Below, in pieces: positions 33,332-45,812 of a stretch of DNA of 64,000 nt; position 1 is the first letter of the stretch; the number at the start of each line of letters is the position of its first letter. This stretch comes from Antedon mediterranea (taxonomy: Eukaryota; Animalia; Echinodermata): positions 16,106,795 to 16,170,794 of the forward strand of contig NC_092670.1 of NCBI RefSeq assembly GCF_964355755.1, read 5' to 3'. The notes under the pieces are model-generated. The model was not told where the DNA came from. It made no database searches and saw only the letters and a program-made list of their open reading frames with translations. Both the position numbers and the translations under genes were made by a program.

Positions 33332-35461
33332 TCAAACGTTCAAGTCCGTTAGTTCTTCCATATTTTCTTCTAACTTAATTGGTTTTGTATTCTCTGTGAA
33401 GAAAAGACATCAAGTTAAAGCTATACAAATTCACTATATGTTTTAAGTATGTGTTTCTTTTAGGTGTCGTGATAATATTTTAAAATTGTATTGTGCTATA
33501 TCTAAGTGGGGTGCATAGGACCAAAAACCACCGTTCATCCTTAATTCTTGAGCCCATAGAACACCCACCTTTTGAAACCCATGTATTTCTGTTTTGAATT
33601 AATACTTTTTAGGACATTTTATGGATATTTGTTATTGTTATCAACTTACTTGGTGTGACAAACCATGGACATGGGTACTCCTTTGTAAGTATTCTCAATC
33701 CAATACAAAAGATGATGAAAGCGATCACACCACAGATTGCCGCCATATCCCCAAGACTCATCACTGTTCCACTACTCTCTGCAGGAAAAGAAATACATTT
33801 TGTTAAGTACACACTGAATGTGTATAATGAAAGAAAAGTTGCATATGGTTATTGAAATAAAAAAAAAGAATTTATAAAACAAATATAATATTCATATATA
33901 CACAGAAAACACTCTTCTACAGCTCTGTCTACACTTTCACATTAGTTTGACAAAAATAAGTGTGATGTGCCCAAATATGAGTGATAGAGTTTGATTGATA
34001 GTGTAGACCTAGCTTAATACACACTATATCTAGAGATTCCTGAAGCAGACGCCAATACAAAGCATCAGCATAGATACAGAGGCTTCCTATATTTGCTGAC
34101 TGTGTGTAGACAGAGCTTTTTGTGTTTCCTGAAAATTTACCTTTGTTCTCTTGCACATCTAGATCAGTTGATGTATTGACGTCATTCTCGTGCAACATTG
34201 TAGCAACTACGCCTGTACCTTGCACTTTGGAATCTTCTAAGTTAACATCCAAAACATTAGACACGCTGTCTGTTTTTGTTGGCTTCAAATCTAAAGATTC
34301 ATAATTTAGCAATTAATAAATACGCAATAGCTTTTAAGTAGATGACGTAACTAAATACAATATTTCTGTAACATATAGAGTATAGTAATACTAAACAGTA
34401 ATCAAACCATTTGTTCCATCTATTATAAATTAACTTTTAATTATTAATCTAAACTTTTATGATGCCCAATTTGATCCATTTATCTAGTTGCATGGTACAA
34501 AAATCATTAACCTTATAAAACACGGCACAAGTACTTGTTTGTCATAGACAGAACGAATCCATTCCCATTCACAAGGGACGCACAAGAGAGAAAAGCAATA
34601 TGCTCTAGGCAGTACAGTTGAATATTGCTAAAATTTGTCTTTGTTCACGATTGCATACGCTGCCTCACAAAACAACTTGTATTGTTTCATGTTTAAAGAG
34701 TGCCTAGTTGAGGTCATAATGGGGTCACAGAGTTCTATGATCTTCCCAAGGACACAAAGGAACCAGAATGATTTGTTTTTAATTAAGTTTTTACTGGAGT
34801 CAATATGTTACAGCATAGTATACGGATACAGATATATTGCTAATTTGTTATATTTAAAATGTATATATGCAGCTATACAACAAAGAAATGTAAAATGTAT
34901 TTACATTTGATAAACATAGTAATCTTTAAAAATGAATATCTATTATTATATTCAATATTTTAATTGTAATTCAATGACTACGGCATAAAAAAAAATATTA
35001 AAGAACAATGTTTTTCATAAAATAATTAATAATATTTTGAGAAAAAATAAAGGACCCATAGTACAGAAGAACAATATACAAAATATTTTTTTAAGACCAT
35101 CATTAATCAAGACCAAGATTTAAAGTATTTGTAATTGTACCTTAATACCTTGTCACATCATGAAACAAGACAGAAAATTAATAGGCAAATTAAGTAAATG
35201 CAAAATAAACAAACAAAACAAAGAGAAAATGTGGAAAATACCTGAACATTGATGAGCACACTCAAAACTGGAAAAGATTTCAGAATCTGAATCACAAATA
35301 TTTTCACATGGAACACACATTTCATTCATACAAGCTTGCAAATTTGGACACATATTCTTCTTAGAACATTTCAAATCATCCGCAAAAACGACTTGTCCAA
35401 CAAAGACACAGACACTGATCACAAAGGTAGAAGATGAAATGAAGCTAGTGGAGGAAGACAT
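33332..35461 (-). CDS. Single-pass type I membrane protein (186 aa) with one 8-Cys domain, Grindelwald/TNFRSF17-like TNF receptor candidate; exons 35242..35461, 34141..34290, 33650..33778, 33332..33393
   Basis: Signal-like FVISVCVFVGQVVFA, then CSKKNMCPNLQACMNEMCVPCENICDSDSEIFSSFECAHQCS, a Ser/Thr/Asp-rich stalk, TM MAAICGVIAFIIFCIGLRIL and tail TKEYPCPWFVTPKNTKPIKLEENMEELTDLNV*. All three introns are phase 1 GT-AG. A probable non-coding exon has its donor at ~35693. Confidence 0.78.
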
Positions 35462-36494
35462 GTTGAATGCTAAAGAAAAAGAAACAGAAAAAATTGTAAA
35501 TTGAATCTAGTGAGCTGCTGAGGTTGATATGTTCTCGCAGTTCCCGCGACCCCGTCGTCTCCTCTAGTCTCGTCCCCTGCGCGGTTTTTAAAGATATCCT
35601 CCCTGTGCTGTGTCCGGTCCGTCAAGAGAATGTTGAACAATTTAAAATGTCTATCAAATATTTATTAATCCAACTTTAAGTACAATCACTTACTGTTTTA
35701 TAACTCTACGTATAGTTTTGTATGTGTTTCTTCGAGAAGTTCAATAACCAACTGACACAGCTGGGTTTAAAATACCGGATAATTTAAACGTTGCCATAAC
35801 CACGTACCTGGGAATAAGTAAATCACGCCACGATTCTCTTTCTTTTACTCAGTTCACGACGACAGAGGGCGACATGCTTTTTTTAGATTTTAAAGTTTTT
35901 TTTGTCATTTGTTTTTTAAATATAAAAACTGTATAAAATCCTTTTTAATGAAATTAGTTATATGCTGGTTTGTTAACTTAAATTCCTGGCCCGACTAAAG
36001 CATTTACAATTAAGAACATACACCCATTTTGTACAGTAGACCTAATATAGTAGGCCTATAATAGGTTGACTAATAATTGCAATTTAGCCTAAGTAATTTT
36101 ACAGTACCGTTTGTATGTAGTTATGTATAGCAAACAAGGAATATAAAAATGTGGTTAGATTGATATTAATTGATAGGAACGAATCAGGATGGATTGTCAC
36201 ACAAAGGCGAAAAAGTTATAGGTTATGAAACTATAGGTGGCGCTATAAATGGTTGATATTTATTAAATGAATTTTTTGTATCATTTCTTGGTGGAAATAG
36301 TTTGAGTCAGTAAACCAACCAAATTCGTGTTGTTCAATTTTAAAAAACAATTGCCTACGTATTTTTACCCTCTTGCGGCGAGTTAATGAAATAGAGGTTC
36401 GCAAACAAACATTCCTGTTCCAGCACATGCTCCCTCCCCTGTGTGTGCGCAGACTAGAAATGTGTGTCACGTGACAGGACAACAGAATAGAGTG

Positions 36495-37349
36495 TACTAA
36501 GTCAAAGAATATAATTATATCACAAGAATGAGTATTCCGCGATTTTTGCATGAGAAATTTGTAACAGAGAGCGCCAGTGAGTGATGCCCGCCCTCATAAG
36601 GGCGGATGTATACATACTAAATAAGACTTGATTTAATAGATATTATACATGTCACATTAAATAGAATTGTGATACAGTAATAGTTTTTGCAATTGTAAAC
36701 GATTTTATAATACATATTTATTAACAAACTAGTGTACATTCACTTTTACAGACAATTATTTACTAACATGCTAAGTTAGTTCACAAAAAAGGCCTAACAC
36801 AGCAACACCAAAAATCAACGAATCGTTTACTCAGCAGCACGGCCTATTCTTTACCATTGCCGTGTACTACTCTACGCCCGGTAAATTAAGTATTGTTTTT
36901 ATGATATAAATTAGTATAAAATACATGTTATTAATAGGACAAAATGTTAAATGTCATTAACATTTATTTGTTTTACCAGAAACAAGTTAATTATTAAACT
37001 ATCCTTCGTGAAAACGCGTAAACACCAACACGCCCGGTCACGCTATCGTAGCGCCCGGTTGATAAAGCAAACTGTTTATACGAAGTTTTTACTAAATAAA
37101 TTGCATAAAACGAACAATTAAATATCCAAATATTATTTAACATGATGTTGGCATGTAGTTGATAACATTTTTTATCATGAAAATACTACCGGTGGTCCAG
37201 CCTTTGATTAGTGAAACAGTCACAAAAAGTTGTATACATCCCAGATACATCCACACTTATGGCGGCGCCCTACCACATGGACAATTATTACTGTTACAGG
37301 GAAAATCGCGGAATACTCATCCTTGTGATATATATTCTTTGACTTAGTG
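36495..37349. mobile_element. Non-autonomous CACTA/EnSpm-like element
   Basis: Left TACTAAGTCAAAGAATATA...TATCACAAGAATGAGTATTCCGCGATTTT, right AAAATCGCGGAATACTCATCCTTGTGATATATATTCTTTGACTTAGTG (= CACTAAGTC on the - strand). Flanks are TG / CG. Confidence 0.7.
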
Positions 37350-37686
37350 CGGTAAACTTGTACCGGATTTGGACAGTATGGTTCCTGTTTTGACAACAAA
37401 ACAATGGTAAAATATTATATTTTTTAAACGGATGAGCATAATTTTAACATGTATTATATATTATTTTGTACAGTCCTGGTCCAACATAATAACGTGTAAA
37501 TGCTACAGTAGGCCGCTCTACTATTCTAGTCTTAGATGCTTGTTGCCTGATAAACTAAGTAGTAGTAGCCTACTATTAGTAGTAATATAGGCCTAGAATA
37601 GTAGTAGGCCTAGACTACATGATTAAACTAACTTTAGCTAGGATTAAGGCAGTGTAGGTAGACTGTAACTCTACAGTTTGTCTTTC

Positions 37687-38132
37687 GGTATTCCTTACAA
37701 TGTGCTAGGTCACATAAGATTGGTTGCTGGTGGTATCTGCAATTAATTATGTAGTCTACTTGGGGTAAGAGAGGGTCTCTACTTTTCTTTTGCAGGAATT
37801 GTCAGGACCAAGGGAGTGCATAGGATAGGTGGTCTGTAATAAGGCATTAGGTATCCTTACAATGTGTCAGATCATAATAATATTGTTTGCTGGGTGTATC
37901 TACTATAGCTATAAGATAGCTAGTTGGGGGAAGGGGACTGGATGGAGGAGGGATGTCTAGTCAAACTTTAGCGGGGTCTGTCAGGACCAAGTGTATACGT
38001 GGTCTGTGATAGGTCATTTGGTATTCCTTACAATGTGCTTAATGATATAATATTGGTTGCTGGTGATATCTACATAAGATAGCCTACACTATAGTAGTTT
38101 GGAGGAAAGGGAGGGTCTCTGGTCAAACTTGG
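37687..38132. repeat. Diverged ~165-bp tandem repeat, ~2.7 copies
   Basis: GGTATTCCTTACAATGTG...ATTGGTTGCTGG..TATCT recurs at ~37687, 37850 and 38020. TGTCAGGACCAAG occurs twice. Confidence 0.7.
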
Positions 38133-40593
38133 TACTTGCGGTGCAGCGGAAAATTAGTCTGTCGTTATCCATTTGGTACTGTATGAACTCAACTTGTTCA
38201 TTTATGCTATCCCCATTTTTAGGCCATCCATATAGGGGGTCTGGCGGGCCTATTACAGCGGATAAAATGTCGTTTGTGAATTTGGGCAGCTCATAGTGGT
38301 CAAATTAGGTGGTATATCTTTCGTCTATCTGGTACCATTTTTAAAGCAATTTTCGTGGTCACCCGGGTCTATACGCAGCGGGGGGTACCCTGCAGATTCA
38401 CATTTTTATTGACTTCAGGAGCCTAACCCCCTCCACACTCACATATTCAGATATTGGTACCTAGGTCATCCAACCAAATGTCTCTGGGATGGCTGTCTAG
38501 ACCGACGGTTAAAAAATAGCCTATTCTAGGCTTTAGCTAAACTTCATGTCACCTACTGTAGGCTATTTCAGCCCAATTTTAATAATGACATTTAATAAAT
38601 ATTTGACTATCGCATTGCCTTGTCACTACACTTTATTGTTGCCGACGGACGCTGCAGCAGATTGCCGTGTGATAATCTTGGCTTCTTACCACCGCTTGTG
38701 GCTTTTATGCATTTACTTTTTTTTCTTATATGTATGCCTAAACTTATTTTTTTTAAACATCTACGTTCGTTAGCACTGGACACGATTCAATATAATTAAT
38801 ACAAGTCACTAATTACAGTTTAAAAGTAGGACAATTGTTTATTGTATTGTTGTAAGACCTAATCAATAATATTATTATTTAATAATTACATAAAACAAAA
38901 GATACCTTATTAAAATTAAGATAAAACTTACGACTTGGAACTTATGGCCAGGATAATTTGTTATGGCCAGGATAATAGAGTAGTAACCGGCCAGACTATA
39001 ATTTTGCTCTCTCTCTCCCCAAAACTAACTCTATTGATTACTAATAAATAATATAAACGGTTATATTGCCGGAAGAGAGACACAGACTCGTCTCTCATCA
39101 TAAGTTAAAGATGTATTGTCCTCCAAAAACATGAAAAATGAAGATTAATAAAATCAGACTTTAATATGCGCCATGTTGCAGTTTTGATAAAGTTAAAAAT
39201 AATAATTTCATATATTAATAAAAAGACAAAAAAATTGTTAAAAAAACCATTGTCTGACAGACCATTTAAAAGTGTTTTTTTGCTTTAAGTAACATTTTTT
39301 CAGGTAAATAATTTTGTTATTCAGTTTTTGATCAAAGTGAATAACTTACGTGACATTATAATGGATTGCCATATTCAACAACAAACAAATGTGAGTGTTT
39401 ACCGACCGACATAGTGATCTGTAGAGTCGCGTGAAATTTTGAAATGTTATGGGGACAATATATCTTTAAGGGAAATTAGTTGAATTGAACCAACCTGGGG
39501 CGCAATTATGTATTTTGTTTCAATGTAGGTTGCATTTGTAATTATTATCAAGTGTGACGTGTATTATTATTGGGTTGTCAACAATTTGTATTTAAAATGT
39601 AGTTGAGCCCCTCAACTATAATGTTGTTATAGTACTGATCTAAATACCTAGATTACATTCCAGTCAATTTTCCCACAGTATTTTTTACATTATCATATAC
39701 CAAGAATTGTGGGAAGGGCGATACGCACGTACGCCTCTCTTCTTGGGAGTTGAAACACCTGGACTGCCGTATACACTCAGGTGCTTAGACGTAAGTGTAT
39801 ACCAAGATGACATCATAGCCTTTAAGAATACAGGACTACATTAATAAGATTATGATAGTGCCTTCGGATCGTGTACGGTTAATCATACCACGGAGAAATA
39901 ATAAATATTATACACAGATATTGCTGACAATTGAATGATAGATGAAGACTTTAAAATAACGGGTGACCTAAATATTTAAATATCAATAATCGTAACCGTA
40001 TTAAATAAAATATTATAGGATTAATTTGCATAGGCCTACTTTGATCTAAATATCCATTAATTTTAAAATGTGCAGGCAACATTTATCATATGCCTATATA
40101 TCTGCAGATATGACGTATTTATATTCTCTGTTTTATCATCATTGAGTCTATTAATTAACAAATGGCATAGGAACAATGAAGTTTGCACAATCATACTTGT
40201 CTATATTAATTGATTTCATCGATACAGCATAATACCCACTTTGATGAGACGTTTAATTGAGTCTTCGTTTATCTTGGTAACAAGTCCCTCTTTATCCAGG
40301 GAACAAGCGAGTTTAGAAGTGGCTTTTGCAGGTGGTTTTGAGAGTATAACCTACTGGACAAGTTACGTACAAAACACGTTATTTACTTACACATATAACA
40401 ATGTCGATTGGACAAATCATGTACGTAATTAACATGTTTACTTAACGATAACTTATCGAAGATCAGAGACTGTGTTTTTTCATTCGGCCGATTAACACCA
40501 ATCGAACGTAACATAATACAATTAGCCTATGCAAACATAGTAAGCGTGCACGCGCGTGTGAGAAAAACATAATTGGATCGTATCTAACTTTAC

Positions 40594-40736
40594 GTCATCA
40601 TCATACCTCCGACAAACGCGTTTTGTGTTTGCTTCATAGCCCCGAGCCTGGGAATACACCAAGGCGTCATCATCATAGCACCGACAAACGCGTTTTTTGT
40701 GTGTTTTTAGCCTCGAGCTTGGGAACTCAACCAAGG
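40594..40736 (+). promoter_or_regulatory. Two ~72-bp direct repeats just upstream of the homeobox ATG
   Basis: CGTCATCATCATA..CCGACAAACGCGTTTT...CGAGC.TGGGAA...ACCAAGG x2, with CCAAT at ~40498. Confidence 0.55.
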
Positions 40737-40899
40737 TAGCACTGGCTGTTCATTACTTTCTGAAAGATCCTACCGCCGAGAACATTCCAAATGATCATTT
40801 GTACAAGAAAGGCTTAATAGACACAGACGACTGAGGAGAAGTTGCTTAAATTAAACGTTATTGAACATTATTGAAATAAACAAACAACAAAAAGTAAAA

Positions 40900-43800
40900 A
40901 TGAATGGAAGAAACGAAGTAACAGCGTTTACGATTGCCAATATTTTGGGTCTTAACTTTAACCACGAGAAAGAAGAGAAAAAAGTAAATAACTTGACAAC
41001 TGCTGAAGATTCTAACTCAGAAGTTTCTTCACAGCAAAATGGTTTGTACATTTTCAAATTATTACTATTAGTACTATTACTACTATTTTTACTATTTTTA
41101 CTGTTAATTAGGAAATCCTAATTTTCTTTGAATTACTAATCCCCCGCTGTAACTTTGACAACTTTTATGTTGATTTTATTTATTCTATCTTGTGTTGGTA
41201 AACAAGCACTTACCGTAGCTAACTTAAGACAATCGTATACCATGGAAGTATATTACCAAAACAATGTTTAAACATTGACACACTTCTAAAGATTATATCA
41301 TTATTCACTTTTTAAACCGCTGAAAAAAAAAAAATTAATATATTCATTTTTCTTATCCGGATAACTAGAGACGCTATATAAATTAGGCCCTAATAATATC
41401 AGGGAGGTATAAATATAATTATTGTTATAACTTCCAGCTAATATCCTTTTTCGCTATGACAAAAATTGATTGAAATATTTAATATTTGTTGATGTCTAGC
41501 AAAATATCAGTTTTAGGTAGTTATTATAGATGTGGACGGTAAGGCATTGAGACTGCACTTATTCAGAAATAGTCTACCAAATTATAAATTATTATTATAC
41601 CTCCCAGCTAATCTTTTTTTGCCAAGACAAACATTGATTGAAAAATGTGTTGATGTCTAGCAAAACATTAGTTTTAGGCAGTATTATAAATGTTTTCAAC
41701 GGTAAGACGTTGAGACTGCACTTATTCAGAAATAGTCTACTAAATTAGAAAAAACAAGTGTGTCGCCCTCTCAACAAAATATCTACCAAACTTCAGAAAA
41801 AGTTATAAAAGTACAATGTATTTCATATTTTTGTAAATTTACAATTTTCGAAAATTACAATAAATCGATGATTTTTACCGAATGTATTTCTAATTCCGTA
41901 TTTAGACATGGGATGCAAAACAAAGAGAAAAACGCGAAGGATGAGAGTGCGAACTAACTTTAGCTCATGGCAACTGGATGAGCTTGAGCAGGCGTTCGAG
42001 TCCACTCATTATCCAGACATATTTATGAGGGAGGCACTCGCTATGCGGCTGGATCTTATGGAAGCCAGAGTACAGGTAAATATTTTATTTTTTTATTTTT
42101 TTTATTTATTCATTTCCCAACCAACAGTGAGCTCATGGTTCACCACTTACAGGAGGGAACACAGACAAACACGAACATATACAATAACAAACATTAAACT
42201 AAACTACTAACAATGTTACGAAACTTACGGAAATTATTACTAAAGATATCTAACTCAGGGTTTCTTAAAGTAAAAGAATTATAAAGTATATATGCAATAT
42301 TGATAACTGTATACATTAGTTTCTCCATTTATTTAATATTTCCACTTATTATATATTCTACTGATCTTGCTGCCATGTTTTGTCTATCCAATTTGTTAAC
42401 CTTAGTTCTCTTAAATCGTTGAAACATAAACTGCTCATCTCATTTGTAACTAAAGAATAAATACAAAAAATAAACTTTCTTCATCAGTACTTGAAATTCC
42501 TGGGTGCAGGAACACTATTCAAACTCAATATAGGCCAAACGTTTCGATTTTACGTTCATTTGGATTTCGCGTAAAGACTGTAATTCTGTCTAAAAATAAA
42601 TAAATGTCTTCATCAGTACTTTGAATGGATAACTAAAGTTGAGAGCAGGAAAGGTTTAGTCAAAGGCCTACTGTTTCGATTTTACGATCATTCGGTCATT
42701 AGTCTCGCGTAAAGACTGTAATTCTGTCTAAAAAATAAATAAAATAAATTTCTTCATAGTACTCTAAATGGATAACTAAGTTTTTTTGTATGCATAATCA
42801 ACAATATGTATATAAAGGTTAAAAGTGTAAAAATCCGAAATTAACAACAAAAATGAAATTTAACGTACGAAAATGAAATGTGAATTTAATACATATGGAA
42901 GATTGAATGAATAAAGGTGGTAGTTAACCACAAACGAGAAAACAAAGTTGAGAACAGGAACGATTTAGTCAAACTCAGTATTGGCCTACTGTATCGATTA
43001 CGATCATTCAGGAAATGATCACGTAAAATACTCTAATTCTGAAAACTGAAGACGCATTGGTGGTGGTCTGAAAAGGGGTGGTACTGATATAGGTTACTTT
43101 AGAATACTAGTAATTGCTTATTTGATACTTATGATGTCTCAGAAGACGGCCACTTTAACTCGTATATCTTGCCAATCAATAAAAACGAGACAGTATTGAT
43201 AGCACAAATCATTTGTGCATTTCTTTTGTACGTAATGGAATGAGGAAATTAAAATGAATTAAAACTGTGAAAGATAAATACTGACTAAAATAATATTAGA
43301 AGATTTACGATGATGTATGAGGACCGTGGGAAACATTGGATTAAAGAAAGCCAGCATAAAATATGTTTTGAATATCATTTGTATTTAAAAGTAACATTTC
43401 GCATTGCGTCTGCTTACAATACCAGATAAGGAAGGTCTGACTACAAAAAATCCTTGCAAATCTGATTCAAGAAACATTCAAGAAACATTTATTGACCAAA
43501 AATATTATTCGCTGTAGTCCCTCTTTACATTATACAAATAATAATAATACAACACCTTACCTTAATTAGCCGTTACGTACATCATATAAATGAAAAAAAA
43601 AAAGAATTCAGTATCTTAATTCATTAGGTTACCATCTGAGATATACATTAATAAAAGATATTCTTTAACGGACCTTTTTAAACTTTTGTCATGCACCATG
43701 TTTGGAATTTTTAATTCCAAAGTTTAGGTCCATTTATATGAATAAAGTGTTAGTTTTAAGAAAGTTAGTCTTAAGAAAGGTACATTCATTGCATATTTGT

Positions 43801-45280
43801 ATTTAAGATTGTGATAATTGTTTTCATGCTTACTAAAAATGTTTAGAACATATTGTGGTAACACACCACGCCTAACATTATCCATTATTATACGTAATAC
43901 GCAGTTAAGCGCGCAGTGTACGTCATTAACGCGTTCGGTAATTACTGTTAGTTGTTCGTGTGAGCAGGATAAACTCGCATTCTTTTACCTGAGAACCACT
44001 TTAATGTAATTAATCATCGTCAGAAACAATTGGCCGTAGCTAAGTTGATCGAGTAATTTAGAGAAGTAGACGTGGCGATGCAATTGCTCCGTAATTCACA
44101 TAAATAATCAAAATTCTTTTATCTCCAATGTCTCACCTTAGCGCTTGCACATCGTGCGTCGCTAAATGCGTTCAGGGAACGACTCTACTCAAACACACCT
44201 GGTCGTTTAACGACAAGGCGCGGGCCCGTTTATTGGCCATCATTTGAGTTAATTTCACAAAATTAGTCAAAATAATTTGTCTTGTTTTCCCGGCTGATTT
44301 CATTAGACGTGAAACTATAATGCAAGTCGGAACTTGTCAGTTTTGATAAATGTGTACTGGTTTGCTTTTACAAAAAGAGAAAGTGGACACGCGATCTCCA
44401 AACACGCAATCTAATCAAATAACGACTAACAATTTATTATTAGTTTGGTCAGTCCACCGATTAGAATGAAAACGAATATGAAGTTTGTTGATTACTATCT
44501 TGTTTACTTGATGATTCCGCAATTTTTCTGTATCTGAAATTGAGGCTAAGCAAACATGATATAGGTTTTAGCGCCCTTCTGTGTATCCGATGTAGAGGTT
44601 TAGAACTTTAGAGACCACACAAAAGCAGAACAGAACAGTGTTAATTCTATTTAACTCCAATAGAGAAATGTTTTTTGTGGGTGCAATTCAAGCTCATGGT
44701 GGGCAACGTGACAATGACGTCATCTGAAGCTGTCTTCTTGTAGATATGTCTACATATGACTTACATAGCTAATAATATTATTATTATATTATTGTTATAG
44801 GTATGGTTTCAAAATCGTAGAGCAAAATGGCGAAAGCAAGAGAAAAATACATCTCATCCATTACCAAACGATTTTGCATCTAACAATGACGATCTATCTC
44901 CAACAAGTCTCCGGATGAGGCCTAGGCCATCCAGCAATAGTACGTCCAATCATTCAGGCCCGGTTGAGAACGACTGGTGTATCAAACAAGAACCCATACC
45001 ATTTATAAGCGTTGTACCACCTTCTTTACCACCTATGGTATCATGCCAAGATCTGCGGTTCCATCATACGCGTGCCAATATGTCTTACCCTGACATACAG
45101 GCCACCAGCATCTCGATGCTACGACAAAGAGCTATCGATCATGCAGCAGGGCTTAGGATGCTAGGCCTAGCTCCAGTATTTGATTGTGATAGGGGATTAA
45201 CAACTAAAAAAAGTGTATTCATGGGTGATCACAAACCTCAAGCTTGCACCTATGTCGGTGGTGATGCTTTTTCGTACTAA
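40900..45280 (+). CDS. PRD-class Q50 homeobox protein, Uncx/UNC-4-like; exons 40900..41041, 41906..42075, 44801..45280
   Basis: N-terminal eh1 FTIANIL. Homeodomain [46 protein letters not shown]|[14 protein letters not shown], with the PRD-class intron between codons 46 and 47 and Uncx-type TNF..WQL and MREALA.RLDL.E. C-terminal OAR-like [14 protein letters not shown]. Confidence 0.9.
41430..41745. repeat. ~165-bp tandem duplication in homeobox intron 1
   Basis: CCAGCTAAT...TGTTGATGTCTAGCAAAA...GAGACTGCACTTATTCAGAAATAGTCTAC x2. Confidence 0.8.
42465..43045. repeat. Degenerate ~130-bp tandem repeat (3-4 partial copies) in homeobox intron 2
   Basis: TTCATCAGTACT, GTTTCGATTTTACG.TCATT and CGCGTAAAGACTGTAATTCTGTCTAAAAA recur. 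Confidence 0.7.
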
Positions 45281-45655
45281 GTGGAGACTATTGCAACTTT
45301 GTATACTGTAGAGGGCGTCTTGTTTTGTAAAGATGTAGAGCTACAGTAGATACAACTATGAACAAGGAAATATAATATGTTTGTCCATGATACAATAGAG
45401 AACAAATAAGTGTCTAGTACATTCAGTCAACATGTTTAAAATAATTATCATTATCTAGTCGATGGCATACGATTCAGAATATTAATAATTATGCAATAAG
45501 TGCCTTAGAATGAAACGTTAGGCCTACAAATAACATTGACCTAATGACATTATAATAGATAATTCTAGTTACATTTTAACTTATTTTATAGTATAATTAA
45601 TGTTTTATTATATATTTATATTATAAATAAGCACATAACCAGAATGTATTTATTC

Positions 45656-45812
45656 CAAGTCCTCGACGAAATAAACTATCAATATAGCGTCCCCATGCGA
45701 CTGGTTATCCCCAGACACTCCATCTTATATTATTTGCAGTTTCACAACAAGGTTCTTGACGAAATGAACTATCAATATAGCGTTCCCATGCGACTGGTTT
45801 TCCCCAGACTCT
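45656..45812. repeat. ~90-bp tandem duplication downstream of the homeobox stop
   Basis: GACGAAAT.AACTATCAATATAGCGT.CCCATGCGACTGGTT.TCCCCAGAC x2. Explains the repeated peptide in ORF 45644..45874. Confidence 0.85.

Noticed and set aside
36466-36475. Perfect GTCACGTGAC (CLEAR/E-box) element
   Set aside because: A single motif beside a transposon end and ~0.8 kb from the nearest inferred first exon. Not enough to call function.
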